Below, one piece after another: positions 24,816 to 37,052 of a stretch of DNA of 64,000 bases (its first letter is position 1; every line of letters starts with the position of its first letter). Source of the DNA: Eledone cirrhosa (lineage: Eukaryota); contig OZ024741.1 of assembly GCA_964016885.1 (NCBI GenBank), forward strand, positions 103,106,001 to 103,170,000, given 5' to 3'. The translations under genes and the position numbers were made by a program. The notes under the pieces were generated by a model, which was not told the origin of the DNA, did no database searches, and was given only the letters and a program-made list of their open reading frames with translations.

Positions 24816-26443
24816 GTTGCTGTCTCGCTTGTGTGTGTGCGTGTGTTGCTGCATCGTTTGTTAATTTAAACCAACCACCTCATTTCGCTTCTCTCGGATC
24901 GGTTGTTTAGTTGTGGCCCTAGACGTTTGTTCCAAAGTGCTTCCTTGATACGTAACGTGCCGACGTTTCTTTCTGTCGCTAGAATTGTGACAATGGGCCT
25001 TCCGTCTTTGTTTCCGCATTTGGCTATGTGTTTCCGGAAAGACGAGGCGCTGGTTTTAGTGTGTTCCTTGATCCGGATGCGCAACGGCCGGATTGTGCTA
25101 CCTATATAGTATTGGTTGCACATGTTACATTCTATCTTATACACGACGTATGTGCGTAGGCAACAGTTCGCATGGCGCATCGGGCAGTCTCTGAGGGAGC
25201 ACGCGTCAGTTGATTTCCCGGGTTTCCTGGAGAGGCATCTTCGCCGGGAGGGGCCCGAGTGGGCCAGGTGGATGTCGAGGCCCTCCCTCCGTATAGCCTT
25301 GCGGATAGCGTTGGTGATATTCTCGCCCAGGTGTGGCATTTTAAGGAAGCAGTTGCCTTGGGTGCCTCTCTGTCTCTTGTGTCTGGTGTCTCCTACTCTG
25401 TCTGTGAGCAAGGTAGGGTACCCGTTCGTCTCCAGCACCTCGAGGAATCGCTTGGTATGAGTGACACCACTCGCGAGATCGCTGCATCTGTTTTTAATTC
25501 GTCGTGTATAAGATAGAATGTAACAAGTGCAACCAATACTATATAGGTAGTACAATCCGGCCGTTGCACATCCGGATCAAGGAACACACTAAAACCAGGG
25601 CCTCGTCTTTCCGGAAACACATAGCCAAATGCGGAAACAAAGTCGGAATGCCCATTGTCACAATTCTAGCGACAGAAAGAAATTCCGGCACGTTACGTAT
25701 CAAGGAAGCACTTTGGATCAAACACCTAGGGCCACAACTAAACAACCCATCCGAGAGAAGCGAAATGAGGTGGTTGGTTTAAGTTAACAAACGATGCAGC
25801 AACACAAGCACACACACACACACATAAGCGAGACAGCAACACACGCACACACACACAGTAGCATTCCACCATACGAACAGTACACTGCCAATACAGAGGA
25901 ACAAGGCAACAACACACGCACACACACTCAAGCGAGACAGCAACACACGCACACACACACACACACACAGTAACATTCACCAAACATGCAGAGAATGGAC
26001 TGACAGCTAGCGCCACCCCACTCCCACAATTGAAAGAACTACTTCGGCCGCTGACCTCTGCCTGACCGACCCCATTTCACGCGCACGCGCGCTCTGTTGA
26101 ATACCTCAGATATTCAAAACAACGAACAGCGGAGGACACGTTTCGCACCTTTCCGACAGACAACCTCCCCCCCCCCCTCCCCCGGAAAAAAACCCAGTTG
26201 ATGGATGTTATTCCGAAATATATAGGGACAGTTAAATCTCTCCCAAAGTAACTCTTTCTCGTGTTGTTATTGTCATTTTTATCCTTTACGCTCTTTCCTT
26301 CATTCCTCTACACGTTACAGTCTTATACACGCCACGCATCTCAACGTACACCCACTTACATCTCTCTCTCCACCACCGGATCTTGTTACCCGGAGATTTA
26401 CCCATCTGCATTGTCGAGGCTTCCAAACGACTTAAAGAAATTT
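24187..26443. mobile_element. Palindromic Penelope-like remnant: two inverted GIY-YIG + pLTR arms
   Basis: VVYKIECNMCNQYYIGSTIRPLRIRIKEH..IKEALW on both strands (24866-25505 -, 25505-25782 +). Arms ~24187-25143 / 25505-26443. Confidence 0.9.
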
Positions 26444-26495
26444 ACCTTATTATTCCACAATGCTTCAAGCAAACTTCAATACTCTCATATATATA

Positions 26496-26536
<41 letters not shown>

Positions 26537-26589
26537 ATATATATATGTGTGTGTGTGTCTGTATGTGTGTATGTATGTATATGTATGAC

Positions 26590-27800
26590 GGTTGTCTGCA
26601 CAATACAAATCTTGACCACTTCAATGTACATGGAGCTTTTCTGGCATGAGAATCCGTGTGGCTTTTTAGACCAGACATACTTTTAAATGTCGTCCACTTT
26701 TAATTGCACCTCAGATTCGGAATAACTTCAACTGCCTGAATTGTCTGATCTTGATGAACCTTGCAATATCTCTTTAGACCTCCTTTAGATTTGCATATTT
26801 TGTAACATATGTGGTATTGATAAGTGTAAACTTGTTAGTATGTTCTAAGCTCAGTAGGAAGTCTCCTGTTGTGTCCTGCCATGTGAGATTGAAGTCCAGC
26901 CTCTGACAGGCACATTTTGCCACAAACTGCACAAGTAGAAAAAGTACCATTAATTTCGTATTCACTTACTGGTTGTGTTTTCCTTATATTTCTCTTAATA
27001 TTTACTTGCATTAATCTATTTTGCTCAAACGTTTTCACACCGTCCCAGATTTTTGAGCGCCAGGTAGAGTGATCCACTGCAAGTCTTTCCGGGTTTTTGG
27101 GATTGATTCCTACATTCTCCAAGTTCTCCGTCAATGCATCCTTGAGTCTTCTTTGGCTTGTTCCGTTTCCTTTTTCCCCGAGCAAGTTCCCCATAAAATA
27201 GTTGCTTGGGATACGTTCGTCAGTCATGCGGTTTTTCAGAATTATTGCCTGGATGGAACAAATACCTGATGCAGCTAAAACATCAGAGTCAGGAGTGAAT
27301 TAATTCCATTTTATTTTTAGAATATGACGTAAGCACTTTTGGTGGAATCGTTCCAAAAGTCTGATGTGATATTTATATCATGTCCAAGTTTCAGACTTGT
27401 ACAGAAGGGAGGATAACACCGAAGACTCTAGATTACCAAAAGATGTTGTTGCCTTTCTAATCCTTAGAGATATTTCTGAATCCAATGTTCCATATTTACT
27501 TATTGTGCTTCCAAGTTATATGAATGATTCAACAACCTTAAGAAGTTTACCCCACATATATATTTTCGGTTGATGCACAACTTGACCAGGGGCAGGTTGA
27601 TATAAAACTACAGTTTTCATTAGGTTTATGTTAAACCAAATGTATCACATGCCGAATCAAATGCAGAGATCGACAGTTGCAAACCATGCTCAGTATGACT
27701 GACAAAGTCACAGTCATTAGAATACAGACGATATCTTATTAGTGAGGTGAACACTTTAGTCTTAAATTTCATTCGTGCTAAATTGAAGACATGTCCTGTT
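26590..27800 (-). mobile_element. RTE (BovB-like) LINE 3' remnant
   Basis: LLYKSETW, LERFHQKCLRHIL, MTDERIP, RRLKDAL, C2H2 CAVCGKMCLSEAGLQSH. Confidence 0.85.
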
Positions 27801-27825
27801 GTACGATATCTTACTTACACCCCTT

Positions 27826-27908
<83 letters not shown>

Positions 27909-27909
27909 T

Positions 27910-28646
27910 TTTGCGAGGTTTTTTATATGAAATCGTGTGTCGAAACAAATATTGTTATACTTGGGGAGGGTCATATTGTTGTAATACTATTGCCAGAAAT
28001 AATAACAGAACACACTCACTGTTTGGTAGGTTTTCTTTTTCGTTTCTGTATCTTTTATATCTCCATAGTTAATTCATTTGACCATCAATGTTTATCACTG
28101 ACTGACCAACGGTCAAAAATAAAGATATAAATATACATATATATATATAGTCTAACAAAGTTCTTTTGTTGCACATCTGCAACATCATCAGTGGTACTAT
28201 TATCATGTTTCCAACTACTGTATTGTATTGTATTGTAATGTCTACGCCATTTTTATTTTATATATTTGTTTATTTATTTATTTTTGTCTCCGTCTCTACG
28301 CATGCGTTTGCGTGGGTGTATAGCGTTTGGTATGTGTGTTCGCGTTTGGCTGTATGTGTTTTGGTTTTTGTATTCTATCTTTGTTTATTAGTGTGTGTTT
28401 ATATGTTTGTTGTTATTGTGCTTGTGTATATATTTATTTATTTATTTATATTTCTCTTAAGTCAGTATATAAATAAATAAATAAATAAATAAATATATAC
28501 ACAAGCACAATAACAACAAACACAGATAAACACACACTAATAAACAAAGATAGAATACAAAAACAAAACACATACATCCAAACGCGAACACACTCACCAA
28601 ACACTATACACAAACGCAAACGCATGCGCAGAGACGGAGAGAGAAA

Positions 28647-28677
<31 letters not shown>

Positions 28678-28970
28678 ATAGATAAAATGAAAATGGCGTA
28701 GACATTACAATACAATACAGTAGAGGGAAACATGATAATAGTATCACTGGTGATGTTGCAGATGTGCAACGAAAGAACTTTGTTAGACTATATATATGTA
28801 TTTATATCTGTATTTTTTGTGTTGGTCAGTCAATGATAAACATTGATGGCCAAATGAATTAACTATGGAGATATAAAAGATGCAGAAGCAATAAGAAAAC
28901 CAACCAAACAGTGAGTGTGTTCTGTTATTATTTCTGACAATAGTATTACAACAATATGACCCTCCCCAAT
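27910..28970. mobile_element. Non-coding palindrome of two inverted pLTRs of the 743-4418 PLE family
   Basis: Left arm matches 745-1110. Right arm is its reverse complement. Centre ~28460. Mutated HHR in each arm. Confidence 0.85.
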
Positions 28971-29018
28971 ATATATGTGCGTGTATATATATATATATAT
29001 ATAATAATAATAAATTAT

Positions 29019-29453
29019 GTTTTCCTATGTGCAAAAAATGCATACAGGGACACATGTATTATCCAACCGTATGCCAATGTGGTTCTATGGCAGGTTAATA
29101 AATTAATGAGCCATAGAACCACATTGGCATACGGTTGGATAATACATGTGTCCCTATATGCATTTTTTGCACATAGGAAAACTACTTTATTATTACGGCA
29201 CTAGACAAGATTATTTCTTTATCATACACTCTCCTCCGGGAACAGTTCTGTATGGCGCCAGTTGGTGATTTGAACTCGGGAATTTTATATTCTCCGAGTT
29301 AGAAGAACCCTCTGACGAAAGTCTCCTTCTCAATGATGTTCTGCATGGATTATCCATTTGAGACTTGAAACCGCGCGGTAAGGGTAAATATAGTAAGTAC
29401 AGTAAACTTTTTAAAATTTATTTTAACATTTTTTCTCTATTTGCTAAACCTTG

Positions 29454-29458
<5 letters not shown>
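29019..29458 (+). mobile_element. Retrozyme-family copy with inverted 5' end
   Basis: Near-perfect 73-bp IR 29019-29091 / 29111-29183. Homologous to the 29771 and 31731 units. Confidence 0.8.
29307..29385 (+). ncRNA. Type I hammerhead ribozyme
   Basis: ACCCT-CTGACGA-AAGTCTC...GAGACTT-GAAA-CCGCGCGG-TA^AGGGT. Confidence 0.9.
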
Positions 29459-29513
<55 letters not shown>

Positions 29514-29713
29514 TATAGATATATTAATAAGAGGAATTCCAACTTTGTCTGATTAACTCGTTTTATTTATAATCCTTTAAAATTTATAATGGTATTATAA
29601 TGAAATAGTATGATAGAATATTAAATTCTAAGTGTTAATTGAACAAGTACTTTCATGCTTTCGCAATATTCAGGTTCATAATATATGGTGACAGTCAAGT
29701 TTGCAATTTTCAA

Positions 29714-29775
<62 letters not shown>

Positions 29776-29842
29776 AAGGTTTAGCAAATAATGAAAAAGT
29801 TTCAAAATAAATTTTAAAAAATTGACTTTACTTACTATAGTT

Positions 29843-29926
29843 ACCTTTACCGATCGGTTTCGAATCCCAAAAATAAAACGGAGACCATACGGCCTTCGTT
29901 GCAAAGAAAGATTCTCGTCAGAAGGT
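29843..29926 (-). ncRNA. Type I hammerhead ribozyme
   Basis: ACCTT-CTGACGA-GAATC...GATTC-GAAA-CCGATCGG-TA^AAGGT. Confidence 0.9.
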
Positions 29927-30325
29927 TCTTTTCATTCAAAGAATATAAAATTCCTGAATTTAAATCACAGACTAGCGCTATGAAAACTGTTCCTGGGATG
30001 AGAGTGGATGATGTAGAAACAGGTTTATCAAGGGCCGAAGCAAAGATAGAGGCAGAAGGAGGTAGGTCAAACTAGCCACAGCTATTGCTAGCAGCAGTCA
30101 GAACGACCAAATTTGTTCTCAACATTAGTGGAGGTAGTAGTAATAGGATATACGTTCCTTCACGCACAAGGCGCCAAGGTACGCATGTATTGTCCAACCA
30201 AATGCCAGTGTGGTTCAATGGCGGGTTAATAAATTAACGAGCCAGAACAAATATAAACAAGGTTTAGCAAATAATGAAAAAGTTTCAAAATAAATTTTAA
30301 AAAATTGACTTTACCTACTATAGTT

Positions 30326-30409
30326 ACCTTTACCGATCGGTTTCGAATCCCAAAAATAAAACGGAGACCATGCGGCCTTCGTTGCAAAGAAAGATTCTCG
30401 TCAGAAGGT
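30326..30409 (-). ncRNA. Type I hammerhead ribozyme (second unit)
   Basis: Same structure as 29843-29926. Confidence 0.9.
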
Positions 30410-30874
30410 TCTTTTCATTCAAAGAATATAAAATTCCTGAATTTAAATCACAGACTAGCGCTATCAAAACTGTTCTTGGGATGAGAGTGGATGATGTAGA
30501 AACAGGTTTATCAAGGGCCGAAGCAAAGATAGAGGCAGAAGGAGGTAGGTCAAACTAGCCACAGCTATTGCTAGCAGCAGTCAGAACGACCAAATTTGTT
30601 CTCAACATTAGTGGAGGTAGTAGTAATAGGATATACGTTCCTTCACGCACAAGGCGCCAAGGTACGCATGTATTGTCCAACCACATGCCAGTGTGGTTCA
30701 ATGGCGGGTTAATAAATTAACGAGCCAGAACAAATATAAACAAGGTTTAGCAAATAATGAAAAAGTTTCAAAATAAATTTTAAAAAATTGACTTTACCTA
30801 CTATAGTTACCTTTAATATATATATATATATATAATCAAGGTTTAGCAAATAGAGAAAAAAACACACACACGCA

Positions 30875-30935
<61 letters not shown>

Positions 30936-30937
<2 letters not shown>

Positions 30938-31150
30938 TGAAGGCGTGTGGCTGAGTGGTTAGAGAATTGGATTCACAATCTTGAGGTTGTGAGTTCGATT
31001 CCTGGACCGGGCGATGCGTTATGTCCTTGAGCAAGACACTTTATTTCACGTTGCTCCTTCTACTTGGAGTTGCGACCGATAGATAGTACTAGCAACTGGA
31101 AAGACCAACGGAAACATTGTTTCCTCGGTCCGATTTGACGAAAGTCAATC
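30936..31150 (+). mobile_element. CORE-type tRNA-SINE
   Basis: A box TGGCTGAGTGG, B box GAGTTCGATTCC, CORE-like GTCCTTGAGCAAGACACTT. Tail shared with ~41600-41670. Confidence 0.75.
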
Positions 31151-31231
31151 GATTGAAAAAAAAAATATATATATATATATAGACATGTATGTCTATATAT
31201 ATATATATGTATATGTCTGTATATATATATA

Positions 31232-31279
<48 letters not shown>

Positions 31280-31344
31280 TATATGTTTATATATATGTGT
31301 ATGTATATGTATATATATGTGTGTATATATATGTATGTATATGC

Positions 31345-31693
31345 GCGGGGACATAGAAATAGTTGGCTGGACACCCGATCACGCGATTAAACCACTGGGA
31401 GTGAAGGACCCCTAGTCTTTATCAGGACATTCTTCTAGGAGAAGGCAACTCAGGAAACTGGGATAACTCCGATATAAAACCTGCGGCTCAGTAGTTACCG
31501 ATGATGTTGATATTTTCTTCTTTTCGGGTTATAGCTACTGTCGCTCAGAGAGTGGGATTGGCTCAGTGCACAGTCTTTCCTCATTTGAAAAAATATCTCC
31601 AAGCACAGGCATTGCACGATAGAATTAATTAATAATTATTAATAATGGTATATCGTGCAATGGCCATACTCGATAACGAGGGGGCAGCCATCA
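31345..31693 (+). mobile_element. RTE-derived short non-autonomous element
   Basis: RTE 5'UTR-like CTAGGAGAAGGCAACTC and 3' end TGGCCATACTCGATAACGAGGGGGCAG. Second copy at ~58900-59212 (-). Confidence 0.65.
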
Positions 31694-31801
31694 TATATGT
31701 ATTATGTATGTATATATATATATATATATATAATCAAGGTTTAGCAAATAAGAAAAAGTTTTAAAATAAATTTCAAAACATTCACTGTACTTACTATGGT
31801 T

Positions 31802-31887
31802 ACTTTTACCGAACGGTTTCGAGTCTCAAAAATAAATGGATAGTCCTCGAGGGCCTCCATTAAAAATATAAACTCTCGTCAGAAGGT
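31802..31887 (-). ncRNA. Hammerhead ribozyme
   Basis: ACCTT-CTGACGA-GAGTTT...AGACTC-GAAA-CCGTTCGG-TA^AAAGT. Confidence 0.8.
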
Positions 31888-32287
31888 TCTTTTCACTCGG
31901 AGAATATAAAATTCCTGAGTTGGAATTACTAACTGGCGCTATTCAAAATTTTAACCGGGATGAGAATGAATGATGTGGTAGCAATTCTGTCCAGTGCCGT
32001 GTGCAAAGATAGAAGGCAGAGGCAGGGAGGTCAATCTATTACCACTATAAATAGCAGCAGTCAAAACGACCAAATTTTATCTCGACCAGGGGGAGATTAA
32101 TAATAATAAAGTATATATCCCTACACGCAAAAAACATATAGGGACACATGTATTATCCAACCATATGCCAATGTGGTTCTATGGCACGTTAATAAATTAA
32201 CGAGCCAGAACATATATAATCAAGGTTTAGCAAATAAGAAAAAGTTTTAAAATAAATGTCAAAGAATTCACTGTACTTACTATGGTT

Positions 32288-32374
32288 ATCTTTACCGAAC
32301 GATTTCGAGTCTCAAAAATAATTGGATAGTCCTTTGCGGGCCTCCATTGAAAAGATAAACTCTCGTCAGAAGGT
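32288..32374 (-). ncRNA. Hammerhead ribozyme (second unit)
   Basis: ACCTT-CTGACGA-GAGTTT...AGACTC-GAAA-TCGTTCGG-TA^AAGAT. Confidence 0.75.
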
Positions 32375-32750
32375 TCTTTTCACTCGGAGAATATAAAATT
32401 CCCGAGTTCGAATTACGAACTGGCGCTATTCAAAATTGTTCCCGGGATGAGAATGAATGATGTGGAAGCAATTCTGTCCAGTGCCGTGTGCAAAGATAGA
32501 AGGCAGAGGCAGGGAGGTCAATCTACTACCACTATAAATAGCAGCAGTCATATATATATATGTAGATAAATCTACCAAAATGTACGGTAGTGTCCAATCC
32601 GTATGAAGAACTCAATGTAATCCGAATATCATGAAAAGAGATGTATTCAAAAAATTTTTTAGATGAAAAACACAGGAAAACAGAGTCAAGATAAATTAAT
32701 AAAAATAATGAATAAAAACAAAGAAACAGTTCCTTATATTAAAAAATTCA

Positions 32751-32882
32751 TCATTTTACGATCGTTTCTAGGATATATGTGTATGTGTTGGTATGTATAT
32801 CATATAGATCTATGTAAAATTTTTACAAACTATCAGAGGGAATATACATACCTACACATATATATGTTGTCTTCAGAAATAA
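32751..32882 (-). ncRNA. Hammerhead motif with ~100-nt extended stem II
   Basis: TTATTT-CTGAAGA-[ATATATGTGTA/TACACATATAT; GGTATGTATAT/ATATACATACC]-GAAA-CGATCG-TA^AAATGA. Base of stem II mismatched. Confidence 0.65.
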
Positions 32883-33284
32883 TGATATTTGTTTATTGAA
32901 AAAAAACAACAAAGATTTAATATAATAGGTCTGTTTGGGAACAGGTTTTGAATTGACCAATAGAAAGGTAGTAAGTGGTCAAGATGGTAGAATAGTAGTA
33001 ATGGAACTTTAATTTAGGGGTAGAGGAAGGCAGATTTCAGTTTTGAATGGAAAGAGTATAATGAATGAAAAGATCATTTTGGGGGTGAAAATACATTACA
33101 TACACTCACAATCTAATCACCCTAAATCTATCCTTAAAAACCTAGCATATAATATCTCACTCAGAATTTCTAACCTTTCGTCTAACCAGGATGTATTTGA
33201 TAAACTAACCATAATACTAAAATAAACCACAGCAAACCACCATCTCATTCACATACAACAAGTCGTGAAAATTCCACACCTAAT

Positions 33285-33746
33285 TTGACTATCTGCTCTG
33301 ATACAGCATTCACGAAAGGTTGTAACTGTAGAAACAAAGCAAATTGCCCATTAAAAGAAAATTGCCTTATTAATAACATAGTATATAAATGTAAAATTAA
33401 CACTAAGCACTCAACTTATTCATATATAGGAGCTACTTCTAACCAATTTAAAGTAAGATTTAATACCCACAAACACAGTTTTAAAAATGCCGCATTAGCT
33501 AATACAACATCCTTAGCTGAAATAATTAATAATTATAGAAAAAGGAATATAGATTATAACCTGACCTGGAGTGTGCTCAAAAGGGCCACACCTTATCAAA
33601 ATAATAGATATGAATGTAGATTATGTTCCCAGGAACATTTTGAAATAATGAAATCTAAGGATATCCTATTAAATAAGCGACAGGAATTAATTATATCATG
33701 TAATCATAAATTGAGAAGAATTTTTAAATATTATAAACCTAATTAA
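33285..33746 (+). pseudogene. GIY-YIG endonuclease domain of Naiad-type PLE
   Basis: Open frame with IVY..YIG and flanking Cys motifs. No RT upstream. Confidence 0.85.
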
Positions 33747-34468
33747 TGTACCCTTTACAAATTATTATAATAACACTTTTTTTAAATTAGTTAACCTATA
33801 ATTAATATTCTACTACTAATGAACTGCATCATTTTATTTCCCTTTTACAGCTATCTTTTCCTAAAATTTATACCAATAAGTATACATATAAACTATTTTA
33901 ATTTCAGGTTATGAATCTATATTCCTTATAATCTATATAAATTTGTTATTTCTTACTAATAAATTTACCCCCCCCCCCCCCACCTCCAATAATTATTATT
34001 ATTATTTTTTTATTTTCCCTTCGTTTTTAACAGCATTCTTCAATTACATCTAACTCTTATTTATCATATCTATATGAATTAATATAAATTTATCAATATA
34101 AACATACCTATCAATTTAATTAATTTATTTTCTTTTTATAGATGTAAATTCCTTATGTTTTAAATAAGATTGATATTTTTCACTAACACATTTATCGTAA
34201 AATTTTATTCTCCTTAGATATTTACATTAGCATTATTCTTTTATAACTTCAAATTTTCGTGTACCTTTTACCGACTTGACCTATTTTCATCCCCAAAATA
34301 ATCTTTTCATTCATTATACTCTTTCCATTCAAAACTGAAATCTATCTTCCTCTACCTCTAAATTAAAGTTCCATTACTACTATTCTACCATCTTGACCAC
34401 TTACTACCTTTCTATTGGTCAATTCAAAACCTGTTCCCAAACAGACCTATTATATTAAATCTTTGTTG

Positions 34469-36885
34469 TGGGCTGGGTGCTTTTTTTCCCGTGGCATCTC
34501 CATGACCACTTTGCAGTGGGAGGGTATGGGGACATATTGTCTATATGCTTCAGCTTTGGCTTGTACCCGTGGGAGGTCGTGTACTTTGTATTACTGCGTG
34601 ACGCCAGAGGTCACGGTCGTGTGCCATCGCCTTTGTGAGGTGTAATTGGGTAAGGTCGGCTTTTATCACCTCATCCCAGGTCTCCGTGGGTCTCCCCACT
34701 CAGCGGTTTCCATTGACTTCTAGTTCTCTGCACCTTTTTATGCAGCTGTCATCCTTCATACGCATCACATGTCCATACCAACGCAACCGCCTCTCCTGCA
34801 CACAGCATTTGATTCCTCTTATGCTCAGTCTCTCTCTCAATTCATTTATGCTTTGCCGTTCGCGTATATTACTATTACACATCCATTGAAGCCTGCAGGC
34901 TTCCTTTCTTTCTAATCTACTTAAGTCTTCCACCTTCACCGCCCAGGTCTCACTACCATGTAACATTGCTGTTCGTATACACGCATCATACAGTCTGCCT
35001 TTCATTTTGAGGGAAAAGCCTTTTGTAACTAGCAGTGGCAGTAGCTCCCTGAACTTCTTCCATCCCGTTCTTACCCTAGTTATTGTACTTTCTGAACACC
35101 CACCTCCGCTGCTAATTCGGTCACCTAGGTAGCAGAAGCTGTCTACTGTTTCTACAGAGCCCTCCCAGAGATTGGTGGTACTTGTTTCCTGTGGCTGTTT
35201 GCTGCTTGCTGTCCCAGCACAGCTGCTGCATGTGAAGCCTACATTCTTAATTAAGCTTCCTGAGATCCCGCTACATCTCTTGTGTACCCATTGTTTGCAT
35301 TTGGGGCAGAGAATGGAGTTCCTACCTACACCTTTCCTACATACTGAGCAAGGCCATTTCCCTGAGGGGATCTGCGTTCTGTTTTCTCATCTACTTACAA
35401 GGACCTTAGTCTTTGTCATGTTGACTTTGAGACCCTTTCTTTCTAGTCCCTGCTTCCAAGTTTGGAATTTCTTTTCTAGTTCTACCATAGATTCAGCTAT
35501 AAGTGTGAGGTCATCAGCATACAGGAGTTCCCATGGGCATCCGGTCTTAAACTCCTCCGTTATTGCCTGCAGGACTATGATGAACAGGAGAGGGCTAAAA
35601 ACAGAGCCCTGGTGGACACCAACCTGTACGCTAAATTCCTCGCTATACTCATTGCTAATCCTAACTTTGCTGACTGCTCCCCTATACATGGCTTGTACAG
35701 CTTTCACAAGCCATTCATCTACTCCTAGTTTTCTAAGAGCCCACCAGATTATAGCACGTGGAACTCTTTCAAAGGCTTTCTCGAGATCGACGAATGCCAG
35801 GTAGAGTGGCTGATTTTTAGCTAGGTACTTTTCCTCTAACTGCCTCACAAGGAAGAGGGCATCAGTGGGCCTTTTCCTGGTACAAACCCAAATTGCATCT
35901 CATCTAGTTTCACCAGCTCCCTAATCAACTGTGCTATAACTCTTTCTGTTACTTTCATGACCTGGTCCATCAGCTTTATACCTCTATGGTTTCCTCTATC
36001 TAGTGCAGCACCTTTACCTTTGTAGCAGTTGACAATGATGCTACTGAACCAATCCTTTGGTATGACACCTTCTAGTATTACCTGGTTAACAATACGTGTG
36101 GTTATAGTGTGACCTACCGACCCAGATGCCTTCAACATCTCGGCAGCTATACCTGATGGACCGGTTGCCTTCCCCATCTTTATATCTTCGATTGCCTTAC
36201 TTACTACGCTGCTGCTGACTTGTACTGCTGGCCCCTCTATAGTGTCTACTTGGGGTAGGGTCTCTTCTTCCCATGCATTCTCCTCATTTTGTAATCTATC
36301 ATAATGGCTCTTCTGCGAATTTTTCTTCTCAGCACTTGTGAGGGCAAGCTTTATCATTCCGGATACACTTCTCTTCAATGACATCACAATTCTTTCTGAC
36401 ACACTGCCTCGCAATCTTGAACACCTCCTGTTTCTGGTCCTCACGTTGCAAAACATGCTTGAATTTTCTATCCTCTGCTTCCCTCCTAGCTAAGTATACT
36501 TGTCGCCTAGCTTCCCTCTTGGTCTCTATGTAATGTACCCTGCTTCCCCCGTTCTTCCATTCTTTCCATGCCTATCTTTTGGCCTTAACTGCCTCATCTA
36601 CCTTATTGTTCCACCACCAAGTCACTCTCCTCCTGCATGCGGTCTTACTCCAGCCACAGATCTCATCCGTCGCCTCTAGTAAGTTATTTTTTTAGGAAGT
36701 CCCAGTGCTCTTCTACATTCAATGTCTCTATCTGTTCTTCTTTACTGTCGTAGGCGTTGAGTAAAATATCTTTAAATCTGTTACTGGCTGAGGGGTCTTT
36801 CAGCTTCCAGATCTTTCTTCTCCAGGTTGGCCTCTGTTTCCAGGTTCGTCTAGTTCTGACCGTGAAGTCGCTGACGACTAAGCTA
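34469..36885 (-). mobile_element. RTE-clade LINE, 5' truncated, frameshifted
   Basis: YKGKG..NHRGIKL, QFGFVPG, FVDLEKAF, GVHQGSVFSPLLF, LLYADDL, CSVC..CPKCKQWVH..C, RLRWYGHV. Confidence 0.92.
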
Positions 36886-36981
36886 TGTTGGGAGGTACAT
36901 TCCTCACGGGGGAAGGGTATGTATATATAAATGTATGTATATATATAGACGTATGGATATATATATATAGATGTATGTATG

Positions 36982-37014
<33 letters not shown>

Positions 37015-37052
37015 ATATATATATATATAATGTATATATATATATATATATA

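Larger units (their letters stand above)
29771..30815 (-). mobile_element. Retrozyme-like tandem array, 483-bp monomer x ~2.16
   Basis: Unit starts at 29771, 30254 and 30737. One HHR per unit. (TA)n on both sides. Confidence 0.9.
31731..32551 (-). mobile_element. Retrozyme-like tandem, 486-bp monomer x ~1.7 (diverged subfamily)
   Basis: Units at 31731 and 32217. (TA)n flanks. Confidence 0.88.
32563..34468 (+). mobile_element. Naiad-type PLE 3' portion with inverted pLTR
   Basis: YIHSQSNHP thumb, CNCRNKANCPLKENCL..IVYKC..YIGAT..CRLCSQE..LLNKRQEL..CNH. IR 32907-33093 / 34282-34468. Confidence 0.85.

Noticed and set aside
29990-30558. Short ORF in the 483-bp monomer (30370-30558)
   Set aside because: Antisense to the HHR strand and no domain. 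Start codon not kept in the first unit.
30936-31012. tRNA gene
   Set aside because: Continues into a CORE-like domain with no proper acceptor stem, so it is a SINE head.
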